Source: an uncultured Bacilli bacterium (GTDB lineage Bacteria; Bacillota_I; Bacilli_A; RF39; UBA660). Taken from it: 64,000 nt of DNA. The stretch is taken from contig CALVIX010000003.1 of assembly GCA_944331895.1 (NCBI GenBank), forward strand, positions 74,953 through 138,952, written 5' to 3'. The position numbers and the translations under genes are program-made. Below the pieces are notes generated by a model. That model ran no database searches. It saw only the letters and a program-made list of their open reading frames with translations, and had not been told where the DNA came from. Below, in pieces: positions 47,801 through 56,421 of the stretch (position 1 is the stretch's first letter; the number at the start of each line of letters is the position of its first letter).

Positions 47801-50488
47801 TCCATCGTAAATTCGTGCAATAACTGTTCCATTTGCTGTAAATGTAACATTTTGCGTCGTAGCTGGACTCGCAACAGTTTTCCAACTAGAGCCACCGTCT
47901 AAACTATATTGATATACAAATTGACTCTCTCGCTCAGGATATGTAATCGTTACAACTTTCTTTGATTGCCATCCTGTTTTATCTACTTTATACGTTGGTG
48001 GATTTATCACATTTGTTGCAACACTTAATGTACTTGTCGTCGTCTGCAGTCCTGATCCATTTGTACACCTTGCTTTAAAATTGTATGTACCAGCTTTTAA
48101 TCCACTAAATGTATAATTTGCGTTGACTCCACTACTTACATAACTTGAACCGTTATCTTTACTAAATTCAATTTTTGTAATTCCTGATTGTGCATCTGTA
48201 CATGTTGCCTTTAATGACACAGAATTGCTTTTCTTAGATGTACTTGCGAGTGTCGCTGTTGGTGCAGTCGTATCAATTTGTGTCACCGCAAAGCTACTTG
48301 CCGTTACATAGTTTGTTCCATCCGTTACTCTTGCGATAACTGTTCCATTTGCTGTAAAAGTTAGTTGTTTTGTCGTTGCCGGAGCTGCAACCGTCGTCCA
48401 ACTTCTTCCTCCATCTAAACTATATTGATATGTGAAATTAGACTGACGTGCCGGGTATGTAATCGTCACAACCTTCTTCGTTTGCCATCCTGTTTTATCT
48501 ACTGCATATGTTGGTGTACCTATTGCATTTGTTGCACTATTAACTGTCGTAGACACTGTTTGAAGTCCCGAACCATTCGTACATCTTACCTTGAAATTGT
48601 ATGTTCCTGTTTTCAAACCCGTAAAACTATACGTCGTTTTCGTTCCCCCAGAAACATAGCTACTTCCATTATCTTTGCTATATTCTATCTTCGTGATACC
48701 CGATTCGTTATCTACACACGATGCCGATAGGTTAGCTGAATTACTTGTCTTGCTAGCTACTGACACAGTTGCACTCGGCGCTGATGAATCGACTTGTGTG
48801 ATAGATAAACTGCTCGCTGTCTTATAGTTGACACCATCTGTTACCCTTGCAATTAACGTTCCATTGGTTGTAAATGTTACTTGTTGTTGTGTAAGCGGTG
48901 CAGGTACCGTCGTCCAACTTCTTCCTCCATCCAAACTATATTGATATACATAATTAGATTCTCTTGCTTGGAATGTAATCGTTACAACCTTCTTTGGCTG
49001 CCATCCTGTTTTATCGATTGCATAAGTTGGTGTAATCAACTCTAGTGGATTTCCTGACAATGTTGCACTCTCACTCTTTAACCCTGCTCCGTTAGTACAT
49101 CTCGCCTTAAAGTAATATGATCCTTCCGATAAATTATTGAAAGTATAAGTGTCTTTTGTGCCTCCATTGACATATGTCTTTCCGTTATCTTTGCTGTATT
49201 CTATCTTGCTAATACCAGACTTATCATCCGTACAAGTCGCTTTTAATGTAATTGAATTACTCGTTCGACCACCCATTGCAATTACTGATGTCGGTGGTGT
49301 CGTATCGATTTGTGTAACTGCAAAGCTACTTGCTGTCTTATAGTTGACACCATCTGTAATTCTTGCAATGACTGTTCCGTTTGCTGTAAATGTAATTTGT
49401 TGTTTTGTTCCAGGGCTTGCGACTTCTTTCCAAGATTTACCACCATCTAAGCTATACTGATATACAAAATCTTCTTCTCTTGCTGGATATGTAATCGTTA
49501 CAATCTTCTTTGGTTGCCATCCTGTCTTATCTACTGCGTATGTTGGTGGAATAATATCATTTGTCGTAGCACTAACTACATTACTTGCCGTCTCTAAGCC
49601 GGCACCATTTACAACCCGTGCTTTTAATTGGTAACTACCAGTTTTTAATTTTTTAAAAGTATACGTCTTACCAGCGCCAGCATTTTCCCAAGTTTTTCCG
49701 TTATCTTTACTATAATAAATGGTTCCAATTCCACTTTCTTTGTCCTCTCCTGTTGTAGTCACAGTAATACTATTAGTTGTTTTTTTCGTTACTGCTATAG
49801 CAACGTCTTCTGGTGGAGTTGAATCAATTTGCGTTACTGAGAACGTACTTGCTGTCTGATAAGACAAGCCATCATAAACTCTCGCCACAATTGTACCAGG
49901 TTGTGTAAATTCTATTTTCTTTTCATTTCCTGTTTTGACGACAATCCATGTTTTTCCACCATCTAAACTATAATCAAAAATTAGCCCTTCTTCTCGTTCT
50001 GGATATGTAATTGTCACTGTCTTCTTTGGTGCCCATCCTACTTTGTCAATTTTATATGTCGGCAATAATGGATTAGCAACTTCGCTACATTTTCCTTTTT
50101 CAATCCGATAGTTTTTATTCGTTCCAAAGACACACCAAGTATTATTTTCTACTTGTAATCTAACAAGTCCAGATTTATTTAAAGATATCAGCCCACTTCC
50201 ATCAAATTCTCCTTTTACCGGAATCATTTTTGTATCGAACTCTCTATCTTCTATATATTGAATATCGGTTTGATTGACTACGTATTGTCCTATCGCTTTC
50301 ATATCATGTTCACTATTATATTGCTCTACTGAAGCAACAACTGACTTAACATTTTCTAAAAAGCGATCCTTCCTCGTCTCCTCGATAATTCCCATCACAA
50401 TAGGAATCGTAATTACGGCAAGTACCGCCAAAATAACAATTACCGCTAATATTTCTATTAACGTAAACCCTCTTTTATTTACTTTCAT
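44855..50488 (-). CDS. Giant modular type IV pilin-like protein (1877 aa from ATG 50488)
   Basis: GGAG RBS then MKVNKRG|FTLIEILAVIVILAVLAVITIPIV. A pilin module to ~aa 145. Eight ~172-aa tandem units (xDKTGWQxKKVVTITYPxR ... CTNGSGL). A Listeria-Bacteroides-type repeat (FTLTYNANGG...YRFLGWY...IYAHW), a Big_2-like segment, and a ~220-aa Cys/Trp/Tyr/Gly-rich end. Confidence 0.75.
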   Translation of the reverse strand: MKVNKRGFTLIEILAVIVILAVLAVITIPIVMGIIEETRKDRFLENVKSVVASVEQYNSEHDMKAIGQYVVNQTDIQYIEDREFDTKMIPVKGEFDGSGLISLNKSGLVRLQVENNTWCVFGTNKNYRIEKGKCSEVANPLLPTYKIDKVGWAPKKTVTITYPEREEGLIFDYSLDGGKTWIVVKTGNEKKIEFTQPGTIVARVYDGLSYQTASTFSVTQIDSTPPEDVAIAVTKKTTNSITVTTTGEDKESGIGTIYYSKDNGKTWENAGAGKTYTFKKLKTGSYQLKARVVNGAGLETASNVVSATTNDIIPPTYAVDKTGWQPKKIVTITYPAREEDFVYQYSLDGGKSWKEVASPGTKQQITFTANGTVIARITDGVNYKTASSFAVTQIDTTPPTSVIAMGGRTSNSITLKATCTDDKSGISKIEYSKDNGKTYVNGGTKDTYTFNNLSEGSYYFKARCTNGAGLKSESATLSGNPLELITPTYAIDKTGWQPKKVVTITFQARESNYVYQYSLDGGRSWTTVPAPLTQQQVTFTTNGTLIARVTDGVNYKTASSLSITQVDSSAPSATVSVASKTSNSANLSASCVDNESGITKIEYSKDNGSSYVSGGTKTTYSFTGLKTGTYNFKVRCTNGSGLQTVSTTVNSATNAIGTPTYAVDKTGWQTKKVVTITYPARQSNFTYQYSLDGGRSWTTVAAPATTKQLTFTANGTVIARVTDGTNYVTASSFAVTQIDTTAPTATLASTSKKSNSVSLKATCTDAQSGITKIEFSKDNGSSYVSSGVNANYTFSGLKAGTYNFKARCTNGSGLQTTTSTLSVATNVINPPTYKVDKTGWQSKKVVTITYPERESQFVYQYSLDGGSSWKTVASPATTQNVTFTANGTVIARIYDGTNYVTASSFAVTQVDPTGPSAVASIASKTSNSVTLKATCTDNESGITKIEYSKDNGSSYENGNTSTTYTFGGLKTGNYNFKVRCTNGSGLKTVSASVGGATNTIGTPTYAVNKTGWATSKVVTITYPARQSNFTYQYSLDGGRSWTTVAAPATTKQLTFTATGTVIARVTDGTNYVTASSFAVTQIDTTKVSAALAVTGKTSNSVTLSATCTTGDSGIAKYAYSKDNGGSFVDAGTSKTYTFSGLKTGTYNFKVRCTSGSGTVGTSSAVSATTNAISAPTYKVDKTGWQTKKIVTITYPTRQSNFTYQYSTDGGKSWKTVASPATTQQVTFTSNGTVIARVHDGTNYVTASSFAVTQVDSTGPTAIAAVSTKTTNSIAIKATCTDAQSGITKIEYSKDNGSTYVSGGTSTTYTFGSLKTGTYNFKIRCTNGAGVKTASTAVSGTTNSIGTPTYAVDKTGWQTKKVVTITYPARQSNFTYQYSLDGGKSWTTVASPATTKQVTFTANGTIIARITDGTNYVTASSFSVTQIDTSAPSATVAVSSTTYNSATLKATCTDAQSGITKVEFSKDNGASYVANGTKTTYTFGSLATGTYNFRARCTNGVGLQTQSAAVSKLIQNQFTLTYNANGGSVSPTSKKVTAGSTYGTLPTPTKANYRFLGWYTAASGGTKVSSSTVMPASNVTIYAHWQAVTTVVFNNDITGAQQKVTVDVGKSTTAPNMTASGYTRKSWSSTNTSLATVSGNTITAKAIGTVTIRSNWTLVNPGATSFSGWAKTRTFSVNASAASGVKYYTLDDTDTSCSYAGANQWPTGYLENHGGGRTSTRTASKYICYKVCTNTKNYDGSNRCSVAKAAWVGADNVAPVKRYVNFQVWSPGAGSWGASSYDARYLIYRGNDAFQGYAGVRTQGIRASWNSNMSGTLYYAYYGQQNGQFANYSIRWGDYGVDTWYVHCKHSTLCGGQHAFLYMQYYDQDRAGNTTGWG
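45956..50059 (-). repeat. Eight in-frame tandem repeats of ~515-518 bp
   Basis: The anchor motif (ccatcctgttttatctactgcatatgttgg and variants) recurs near 46440, 46955, 47470, 47985, 48503, 49018, 49535 and 50050. Confidence 0.8.
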
Positions 50489-50521
50489 CGCAATCACTCC
50501 GTACTAGTCTATCATATTTCA

Positions 50522-50550
50522 AGTATACTATATGGTAGAAGTTTCGTCAA
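50522..50550 (-). promoter_or_regulatory. Sigma-A-like promoter of the giant pilin gene
   Basis: Minus strand TTGACG, 17 nt, TATACT. Confidence 0.5.
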
Positions 50551-50569
50551 TAAAATCGATTTGATTTCA

Positions 50570-50593
50570 AATAAAAAGTCCCTCACGGGACTA
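50570..50593 (-). terminator. topA terminator
   Basis: Minus strand AGTCCC-gtga-GGGACT followed by TTTTATTT. It overlaps the stop codon. Confidence 0.65.
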
Positions 50594-52618
50594 TTTTTCG
50601 TAATCGCAATTGCTACATTTAATTTTATCTTTCTTCTCCGTCAACATACTTCCACACTCTGGACATTTCTCTCCTGTAGGACGATCCCAATAGGCAGTTT
50701 TACATTTCGGAAAATTGTTACAACCATAGAAAAGTTTACCACGTTTGCTTTTACGTTCGATAATTTTTCCATCGCAATTTGGACAATCACAAACGACAAC
50801 TTCTTCTTTTGGCTGTGCCTTGATATATTTACATTCTGGGTAATTACTACAAGCTACAAACTCTCCATAACGTCCTTTACGTACGACTAAATCACTTCCA
50901 CATTCTGGACAAACTTCTCCCGTTTTTTCAGGGGCTTTCTTCTCCATTTGATCAAACGCTTCTTTTACGGCAGGTTCAAAATCTTTGTAAAATTCTTCCA
51001 ACGTTTGATACCAAACTTTTTTACCTTCTGCAATTTCATCTAAATCTTCTTCCATTGCAGCAGTATATTTTACATTAATAATATGCGAGAAGTGTTCTTG
51101 TAATCGATCCGTTACTTCAAAACCAATCTCTGTCGGTTTAAATTTTTTCTCTTCTAAAACGACATACCCTCTCGTTTTAATGTTATCCATAATCGTCGCA
51201 TAAGTACTTGGACGACCAATTCCTAATTCTTCCATCGCTTTTACTAGCTTGGCTTCCGTATAGCGAGCTGGTGGTTTTGTAAAGTGTTGTTCTTTCGTAA
51301 TATCGTTTGATACGATCACATTTGATTGATATTCGTCTAATGGTGGCAACGTATTTTCTTTCGTATCTTCATAGTCTTGATATACCTTTAAATATCCGTC
51401 GAAGACAATCACTTGACCGGTTGCCTTAAATTGATAATCATTGTTGTCTAAAATTACAGTCGTATTTTCCGTTTTTGCATCTTTCATGAGGGATGCTAAA
51501 GCACGATAATAAATCATACGATATAATTTAAATTCATCATCAGATAGGTATGGTCTTACATTTTCTGGTGTTCTTTCGATGCTCGTTGGTCGAATCGCTT
51601 CGTGTGCATCCTGAACGTTTTCCGTCTTCTTTGCCATTTTGACATATCCTAAATATTCTTTTCCATACTTCGCTTCAATCCACTGATAAGTACTACCGAT
51701 AAATTCGTTCGATAAACGAGTTGAATCTGTACGCATATAAGTAATGAGTCCGACTGTCTCATCGGCTAGTTCTATTCCCTCGTATAACTTCTGTGCAACA
51801 CTCATCGTCTTTTTTGCACTCATATTTAATTTATTTGAAGCATCTTGTTGGAGCGTACTTGTCGTAAAAGGTAATTTTGACTTCTTATTCTTTACTTTTT
51901 TATCGACTGATTCTATCTTAAATGCATTGGAAAGTTGATCCAACACCTCGTTTGCTTCTACCTCGTTATGAATTTCAAAGTCTTTGTGGTTCTTTTGAAA
52001 TAAATCCGCATCAAATTCTTTAAAGTGTGCATGAATCGTCCAGTATTCTTCCGCTTGGAATGCCTCGATTTCACGTTCGCGATCGACGATTAGTTTAAGT
52101 GCGACAGACTGTACTCTTCCTGCTGACTTTCCACCAGTTTTCGCCTGCATTAACTTACTCAAACGAAATCCGATGATACGGTCTAAAATACGACGTGTCT
52201 CTTGTGAATTTACAAGATTTTGATCGATTTTACGTGCATGTTGAAATGCATCTAATACCGCATTTTTCGTAATCTCGTGAAATACGACACGATCGTAATT
52301 GTTCTCTTTTAATCCCAACGTGTCATATAAATGCCAACTGATCGCTTCTCCCTCGCGGTCGGGGTCGGTTGCAAGATATACAAAACTTGCATTTTTTACA
52401 TCTTTCTTTAATTCATCAATCGTCTTTTTCTTTCCTTTGATCGTCGTATACTTCGGTTTAAAATGGTCTTCGATATCGACACCTAATCCATATTTTCCAC
52501 TCGTTGAAAGATCTCTAATATGACCTTTACTCGATACGACTTTATAATCTTTTCCTAAGTATTTTTCAATTGTCTTAGACTTACTAGGAGACTCCACAAT
52601 CACTAAATTCTTTGCCAC
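50591..52618 (-). CDS. topA: DNA topoisomerase I
   Basis: 675 aa; TOPRIM N-terminus LVIVESPSKSKTI, C-terminal CxxC zinc ribbons, GTG start. Confidence 0.95.
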   Translation of the reverse strand: MAKNLVIVESPSKSKTIEKYLGKDYKVVSSKGHIRDLSTSGKYGLGVDIEDHFKPKYTTIKGKKKTIDELKKDVKNASFVYLATDPDREGEAISWHLYDTLGLKENNYDRVVFHEITKNAVLDAFQHARKIDQNLVNSQETRRILDRIIGFRLSKLMQAKTGGKSAGRVQSVALKLIVDREREIEAFQAEEYWTIHAHFKEFDADLFQKNHKDFEIHNEVEANEVLDQLSNAFKIESVDKKVKNKKSKLPFTTSTLQQDASNKLNMSAKKTMSVAQKLYEGIELADETVGLITYMRTDSTRLSNEFIGSTYQWIEAKYGKEYLGYVKMAKKTENVQDAHEAIRPTSIERTPENVRPYLSDDEFKLYRMIYYRALASLMKDAKTENTTVILDNNDYQFKATGQVIVFDGYLKVYQDYEDTKENTLPPLDEYQSNVIVSNDITKEQHFTKPPARYTEAKLVKAMEELGIGRPSTYATIMDNIKTRGYVVLEEKKFKPTEIGFEVTDRLQEHFSHIINVKYTAAMEEDLDEIAEGKKVWYQTLEEFYKDFEPAVKEAFDQMEKKAPEKTGEVCPECGSDLVVRKGRYGEFVACSNYPECKYIKAQPKEEVVVCDCPNCDGKIIERKSKRGKLFYGCNNFPKCKTAYWDRPTGEKCPECGSMLTEKKDKIKCSNCDYEK

Positions 52619-52647
52619 CTAATCACTTCCTTTTTTTATACCACTCA

Positions 52648-52676
52648 TTTATACACTATAAATTTTGCTTTGTCAA
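52648..52676 (-). promoter_or_regulatory. Sigma-A-like promoter of topA
   Basis: Minus strand TTGACA, 17 nt, TATAAA. Confidence 0.5.
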
Positions 52677-52715
52677 CTCTATTATTATGATTCTACAATC
52701 TTCTTTTCTTTCCTT

Positions 52716-53660
52716 TTATTCTCTCAATCCGGCCTCACATTTATTTCCCCACGTATCGACGAGTGTATGATTTTTATAGATATTTAAAACTTCACAATGG
52801 TTTGGACATTTCTTACACTCACGTCCAATCGTTTCGAATGAAACATCGCGCATATCTAAAGAAAATACTTGGTCACTTTTCTCTCTCATCGCAAGTTCCG
52901 CAATACCAATCGCTCCCATGAGATGACTATCTGAATCGACGATCACAGGCATACCTAAAATTTCTTCAAATTGTTTTACAACGCCTATATTTTTAGAAAC
53001 TCCTCCCTGAAAGATAACAGGTCCTACAATCTTTTTTCCTTTTCCGACATTGTTCAGATAATTTAAGACGATACTCCGACATAAGCCAGCAACGATATCT
53101 TCTTTCGCATATCCGATCTGCGCTTTATGAATCAGGTCCGACTCAGCGAACACTGTACACCTTGCAGCAATCTTGACAGGATTTTTCGAACGTAATGCCA
53201 TCTTGCCAAATTCGTTAATATCGATACCGAGTCTTTTCGCTTGGCTCGATAAAAAGGATCCTGTCCCTGCTGCACATAACGTATTCATAGCATAGTCGAC
53301 AAGCCTTCCATTCGACAACAAGATAATCTTAGAATCCTGCCCACCAATTTCTAAAATCGTCCGTGCATCTGGATATCGTGATAACGTTCCCTTCGCATGG
53401 GCTGTAATTTCGTTTTTCACGACGTTCGCATTCATCAAAAGACCGATCAATTTTCGTGCGCTCCCTGTCGTTCCAATTCCATGAATCTCATAATCTTTTG
53501 GCAATTCATTTTGAATCAACTTCATCAGCTTTCTAACTGCTTCTGTAGGATTTCCCTCCGTCCATATATAGGAAGATGCAACAACTTTATGATTTTCATC
53601 GATTACGACAGCTTTCGTAGAAATGCTTCCAATATCTATCCCTAAATATCCCTTTCTCAT
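52716..53660 (-). CDS. BcrAD/BadFG-type ATPase (acyl-CoA dehydratase activase-like)
   Basis: 314 aa; LGIDIGSISTK, GIGTTGSAR, EIGGQDSK, CAAGTGSF. Confidence 0.75.
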   Translation of the reverse strand: MRKGYLGIDIGSISTKAVVIDENHKVVASSYIWTEGNPTEAVRKLMKLIQNELPKDYEIHGIGTTGSARKLIGLLMNANVVKNEITAHAKGTLSRYPDARTILEIGGQDSKIILLSNGRLVDYAMNTLCAAGTGSFLSSQAKRLGIDINEFGKMALRSKNPVKIAARCTVFAESDLIHKAQIGYAKEDIVAGLCRSIVLNYLNNVGKGKKIVGPVIFQGGVSKNIGVVKQFEEILGMPVIVDSDSHLMGAIGIAELAMREKSDQVFSLDMRDVSFETIGRECKKCPNHCEVLNIYKNHTLVDTWGNKCEAGLRE

Positions 53661-54733
53661 TTTTCCTTCCTCTTTTCTTTCAACATGTCATAAAAAGCTT
53701 CTAACCTCGTTTCAATTCCTACTTCCGTCGTTCCCGCATCAAAGGTAAAAAAGATGACAGGTACATCGTAATCATGACATACTTTCTGAATAATCGGCAT
53801 CGCACCAATCTCTGGTGTACAAAACGATGACTTAATATGTATGATTCCATCGTACCCTTCTTCACATAGATACTTTGTCCACGCGATATTATCTGCGGCA
53901 TCTGCTCCCATCTTATATTTAATATATCGAGATACATAACGTAACAAATATTTTATATGGTGTTTCTTTTGAAACAATAAGTAATTTACATTCGTAAATC
54001 GTTTGATAGAAATATGATACTGCGCTAATGCTTTTTCTAAATAATAATTAGAGAATGGTTCCATCAAAGTATAAAGTTCTCCGATCACACCAACACGAAT
54101 CGGATGTTGTTCTTCTTTTAATGGAAGTGCATACATCTTCTTCATATATTCTTTATATCTTTGTTTTAATTGTGTCATATTTTTTACCTTCATGAATTTA
54201 TGCAGCATCTCTCGCTCTAAATTTTCAAAACTTCCCTCTTCTCTTTCAAACCCGATTCTCTTGCGTACCTCATCTTCAAAGTGGTCCATATATGCAACCA
54301 TACGTTTTGTAATCCGCGCATACTTCAAAAACTTACGGATCTGAAACTTGGGATCGATCTCTTTTACCATACGATACATGCGGCTTATATTCATCTTTCC
54401 CTTGCTTACTAAATTTACATACTCAAATTGATATCCTAAACTTTTTAATATTTCAATCTGTAATTCACTATAGTAACCATACTTACAACCACCACCTGCT
54501 TGCAACAAAATATTAGCCCCATTTTCTAAGCTTTCGATTAAAGTTCCTAAAGTATATTTAAATGGAGTGCAAACAAAGTCTGGACTATATTTCGTACCTA
54601 ACTCAATCGTACGACTCGTAATTTTAGGAGCGACTAAAATCTTACAATGGAATACATGTGAAAGTAAGTACTTCACAGGAACATAATAATTTCCCATATG
54701 TGGAAATGAAATCACTTTTTTCTTATCTTTCAT
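53657..54733 (-). CDS. Activase-associated protein (CoA enzyme activase uncharacterised domain-like)
   Basis: 358 aa, overlaps both neighbours. FPHMGNYY...SPDFVCTPFK pattern typical of partners of these activases. Confidence 0.5.
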   Translation of the reverse strand: MKDKKKVISFPHMGNYYVPVKYLLSHVFHCKILVAPKITSRTIELGTKYSPDFVCTPFKYTLGTLIESLENGANILLQAGGGCKYGYYSELQIEILKSLGYQFEYVNLVSKGKMNISRMYRMVKEIDPKFQIRKFLKYARITKRMVAYMDHFEDEVRKRIGFEREEGSFENLEREMLHKFMKVKNMTQLKQRYKEYMKKMYALPLKEEQHPIRVGVIGELYTLMEPFSNYYLEKALAQYHISIKRFTNVNYLLFQKKHHIKYLLRYVSRYIKYKMGADAADNIAWTKYLCEEGYDGIIHIKSSFCTPEIGAMPIIQKVCHDYDVPVIFFTFDAGTTEVGIETRLEAFYDMLKEKRKEK

Positions 54734-55637
54734 ACAACATATCCATAAAACTTTCTATTCTAGTTTCTATTCCTGCTGTCGCATCCATATCATCGATCAC
54801 TAAATTTAAATGTGGCAAATGAATTTTTCGCATGACAAGTTCATTCACCAATGAGTCTGGTCCACATGGAAAAGTTGAAATAAATATCACCCCATCAATC
54901 TGATTTTCTAATAGTGCGATCGATCCAATCGCCTCTTTTTGATATTTCCAATAAAGTTCTCGACTATATTTTTTTGAAGCTTTTCTCGTAACACTTTCAT
55001 CAAACTCATCACTATAAATCAGTACACCACTATTTTTTTCAATTTGATCAGCTATTGGTTTCATGAAATAATCATCGTGAATCGTATAAGAATGTCCAAC
55101 GACTAACACTTTAAATCCACTGCTACTCATACGATTATAATTCTTAGAAATTTGTTTATTCCGAATCATCTCATCCATTTTACAAGCAAGAGAATATGCC
55201 TTTCTGATTTCAGAATAACTTTTAGATAGCTGTCTTCCCATTTTGAAAAATCCTTTTTTCTCCGTTTCGTGATTTTCATAATCTATATTGTAATTTAACA
55301 AAGGAACGTCAATTAGATTCTTAACAATATCGTAGGCTGCTAAAAAATTCGTACACGTCTGTAAATCAGTGCCATAATTATCGATTCGTGGAACGATGAT
55401 ATAATCTACCTTTCCTTTTAATGTGGCTACATGTCCTAGGTAAGTTTGAAAAGATAGACACATTTCATCATTTGCAAGTCGTTTGCCATTTTTGATCACT
55501 TGTTGATTGGTCTTTTCACTCTCTATCACTTCACACCCGAGATGCTCGAAGAAATATCGCCATTTCGTATGAAACTCTTGATAGAATAATCCTCTTGGGA
55601 TGCCAACTCGAATCTTGTCCATATCATCACCTATCAT
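54723..55637 (-). CDS. Activase-associated protein (DUF2229-like)
   Basis: IRVGIPRGLFYQEF...WRYFFEHLGCEV...MCLSFQTYLGHV. An alternative start at 55622 (MDKIRVG) has a GGTGA RBS. Confidence 0.5.
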   Translation of the reverse strand: MIGDDMDKIRVGIPRGLFYQEFHTKWRYFFEHLGCEVIESEKTNQQVIKNGKRLANDEMCLSFQTYLGHVATLKGKVDYIIVPRIDNYGTDLQTCTNFLAAYDIVKNLIDVPLLNYNIDYENHETEKKGFFKMGRQLSKSYSEIRKAYSLACKMDEMIRNKQISKNYNRMSSSGFKVLVVGHSYTIHDDYFMKPIADQIEKNSGVLIYSDEFDESVTRKASKKYSRELYWKYQKEAIGSIALLENQIDGVIFISTFPCGPDSLVNELVMRKIHLPHLNLVIDDMDATAGIETRIESFMDMLYER

Positions 55638-55710
55638 GATCCTATGAATACAAAAAACAATTTATGTATATTTTTTTGAAACTCTCTCACAATAAAAATG
55701 GGAGGTTCTT

Positions 55711-55884
55711 ATGAAACAAGATACAAATAAACATATTCACTGTGATGTACAAGATTGTAAATACAATCATTGTGACAGTAACTATTGCAAATTAAATGAA
55801 ATTAAAGTTTGCAGTTGCGCTCCACAAGAGGAAAAAGAAGCTACGATGTGTGATAGTTACGTAAGAAAAGAAGACGAGCAATAA
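55711..55884 (+). CDS. DUF1540-like Cys-rich small protein (57 aa; below the track cutoff)
   Basis: GGAGG at 55701-55705, then MKQDTNKHIHCDVQDCKYNHCDSNYCKLNEIKVCSCAPQEEKEATMCDSYVRKEDEQ. Confidence 0.6.
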   Translation: MKQDTNKHIHCDVQDCKYNHCDSNYCKLNEIKVCSCAPQEEKEATMCDSYVRKEDEQ

Positions 55885-55898
55885 CTCGTCTTCTTTTT
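55871..55898. terminator. Bidirectional terminator between convergent genes
   Basis: AAGACGAG-caataa-CTCGTCTT, followed by CTTTTT on plus and T-rich sequence on minus. Confidence 0.6.
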
Positions 55899-56421
55899 AA
55901 AAGTATAAATTTTCTCGTTTTTCACTTCCTAATAAAGTTCTAGGTCCGTGGCCTGGATATAACGTAATATCATCTGGATATTGTTTTAATCTTTCGATAC
56001 TCTTTTGCATCTCTTTCATACTACCTGTTTCTAAATCTGTTCTACCGATACTTCTATAAAATACGAAATCTCCTACCATCATCACTTTTTCTTCTTCGAA
56101 ATAATACGTAACAGAATCACTAGAATGTCCAGGTGTAAACATTACTTGAAACTTAAATGGCCCAATCTGGTACTGTTTTTCTTCTAAAGATGCCCGATCA
56201 TATACTGGAACATGATATTTTGATACAAGATCCTCCAATGCACCTACGTGATCGAAATGGCGATGTGTAATGAGAATCGCATGTACATTCCTCTTTCCAA
56301 TCGCATCGATAATCTTACCTGCTTCATCTCCAGGATCGACGATCAAAAGATCCTCACCCTGTTCTAATAGATAACAATTTTCCTCTAAAATTCCAACGAC
56401 AACAGAATTAATTTTCATCAT
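55897..56421 (-). CDS. MBL-fold metallo-hydrolase
   Basis: 174 aa; ILITHRHFDHVGA, GHS...D, PGHG. Confidence 0.8.
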   Translation of the reverse strand: MMKINSVVVGILEENCYLLEQGEDLLIVDPGDEAGKIIDAIGKRNVHAILITHRHFDHVGALEDLVSKYHVPVYDRASLEEKQYQIGPFKFQVMFTPGHSSDSVTYYFEEEKVMMVGDFVFYRSIGRTDLETGSMKEMQKSIERLKQYPDDITLYPGHGPRTLLGSEKRENLYF

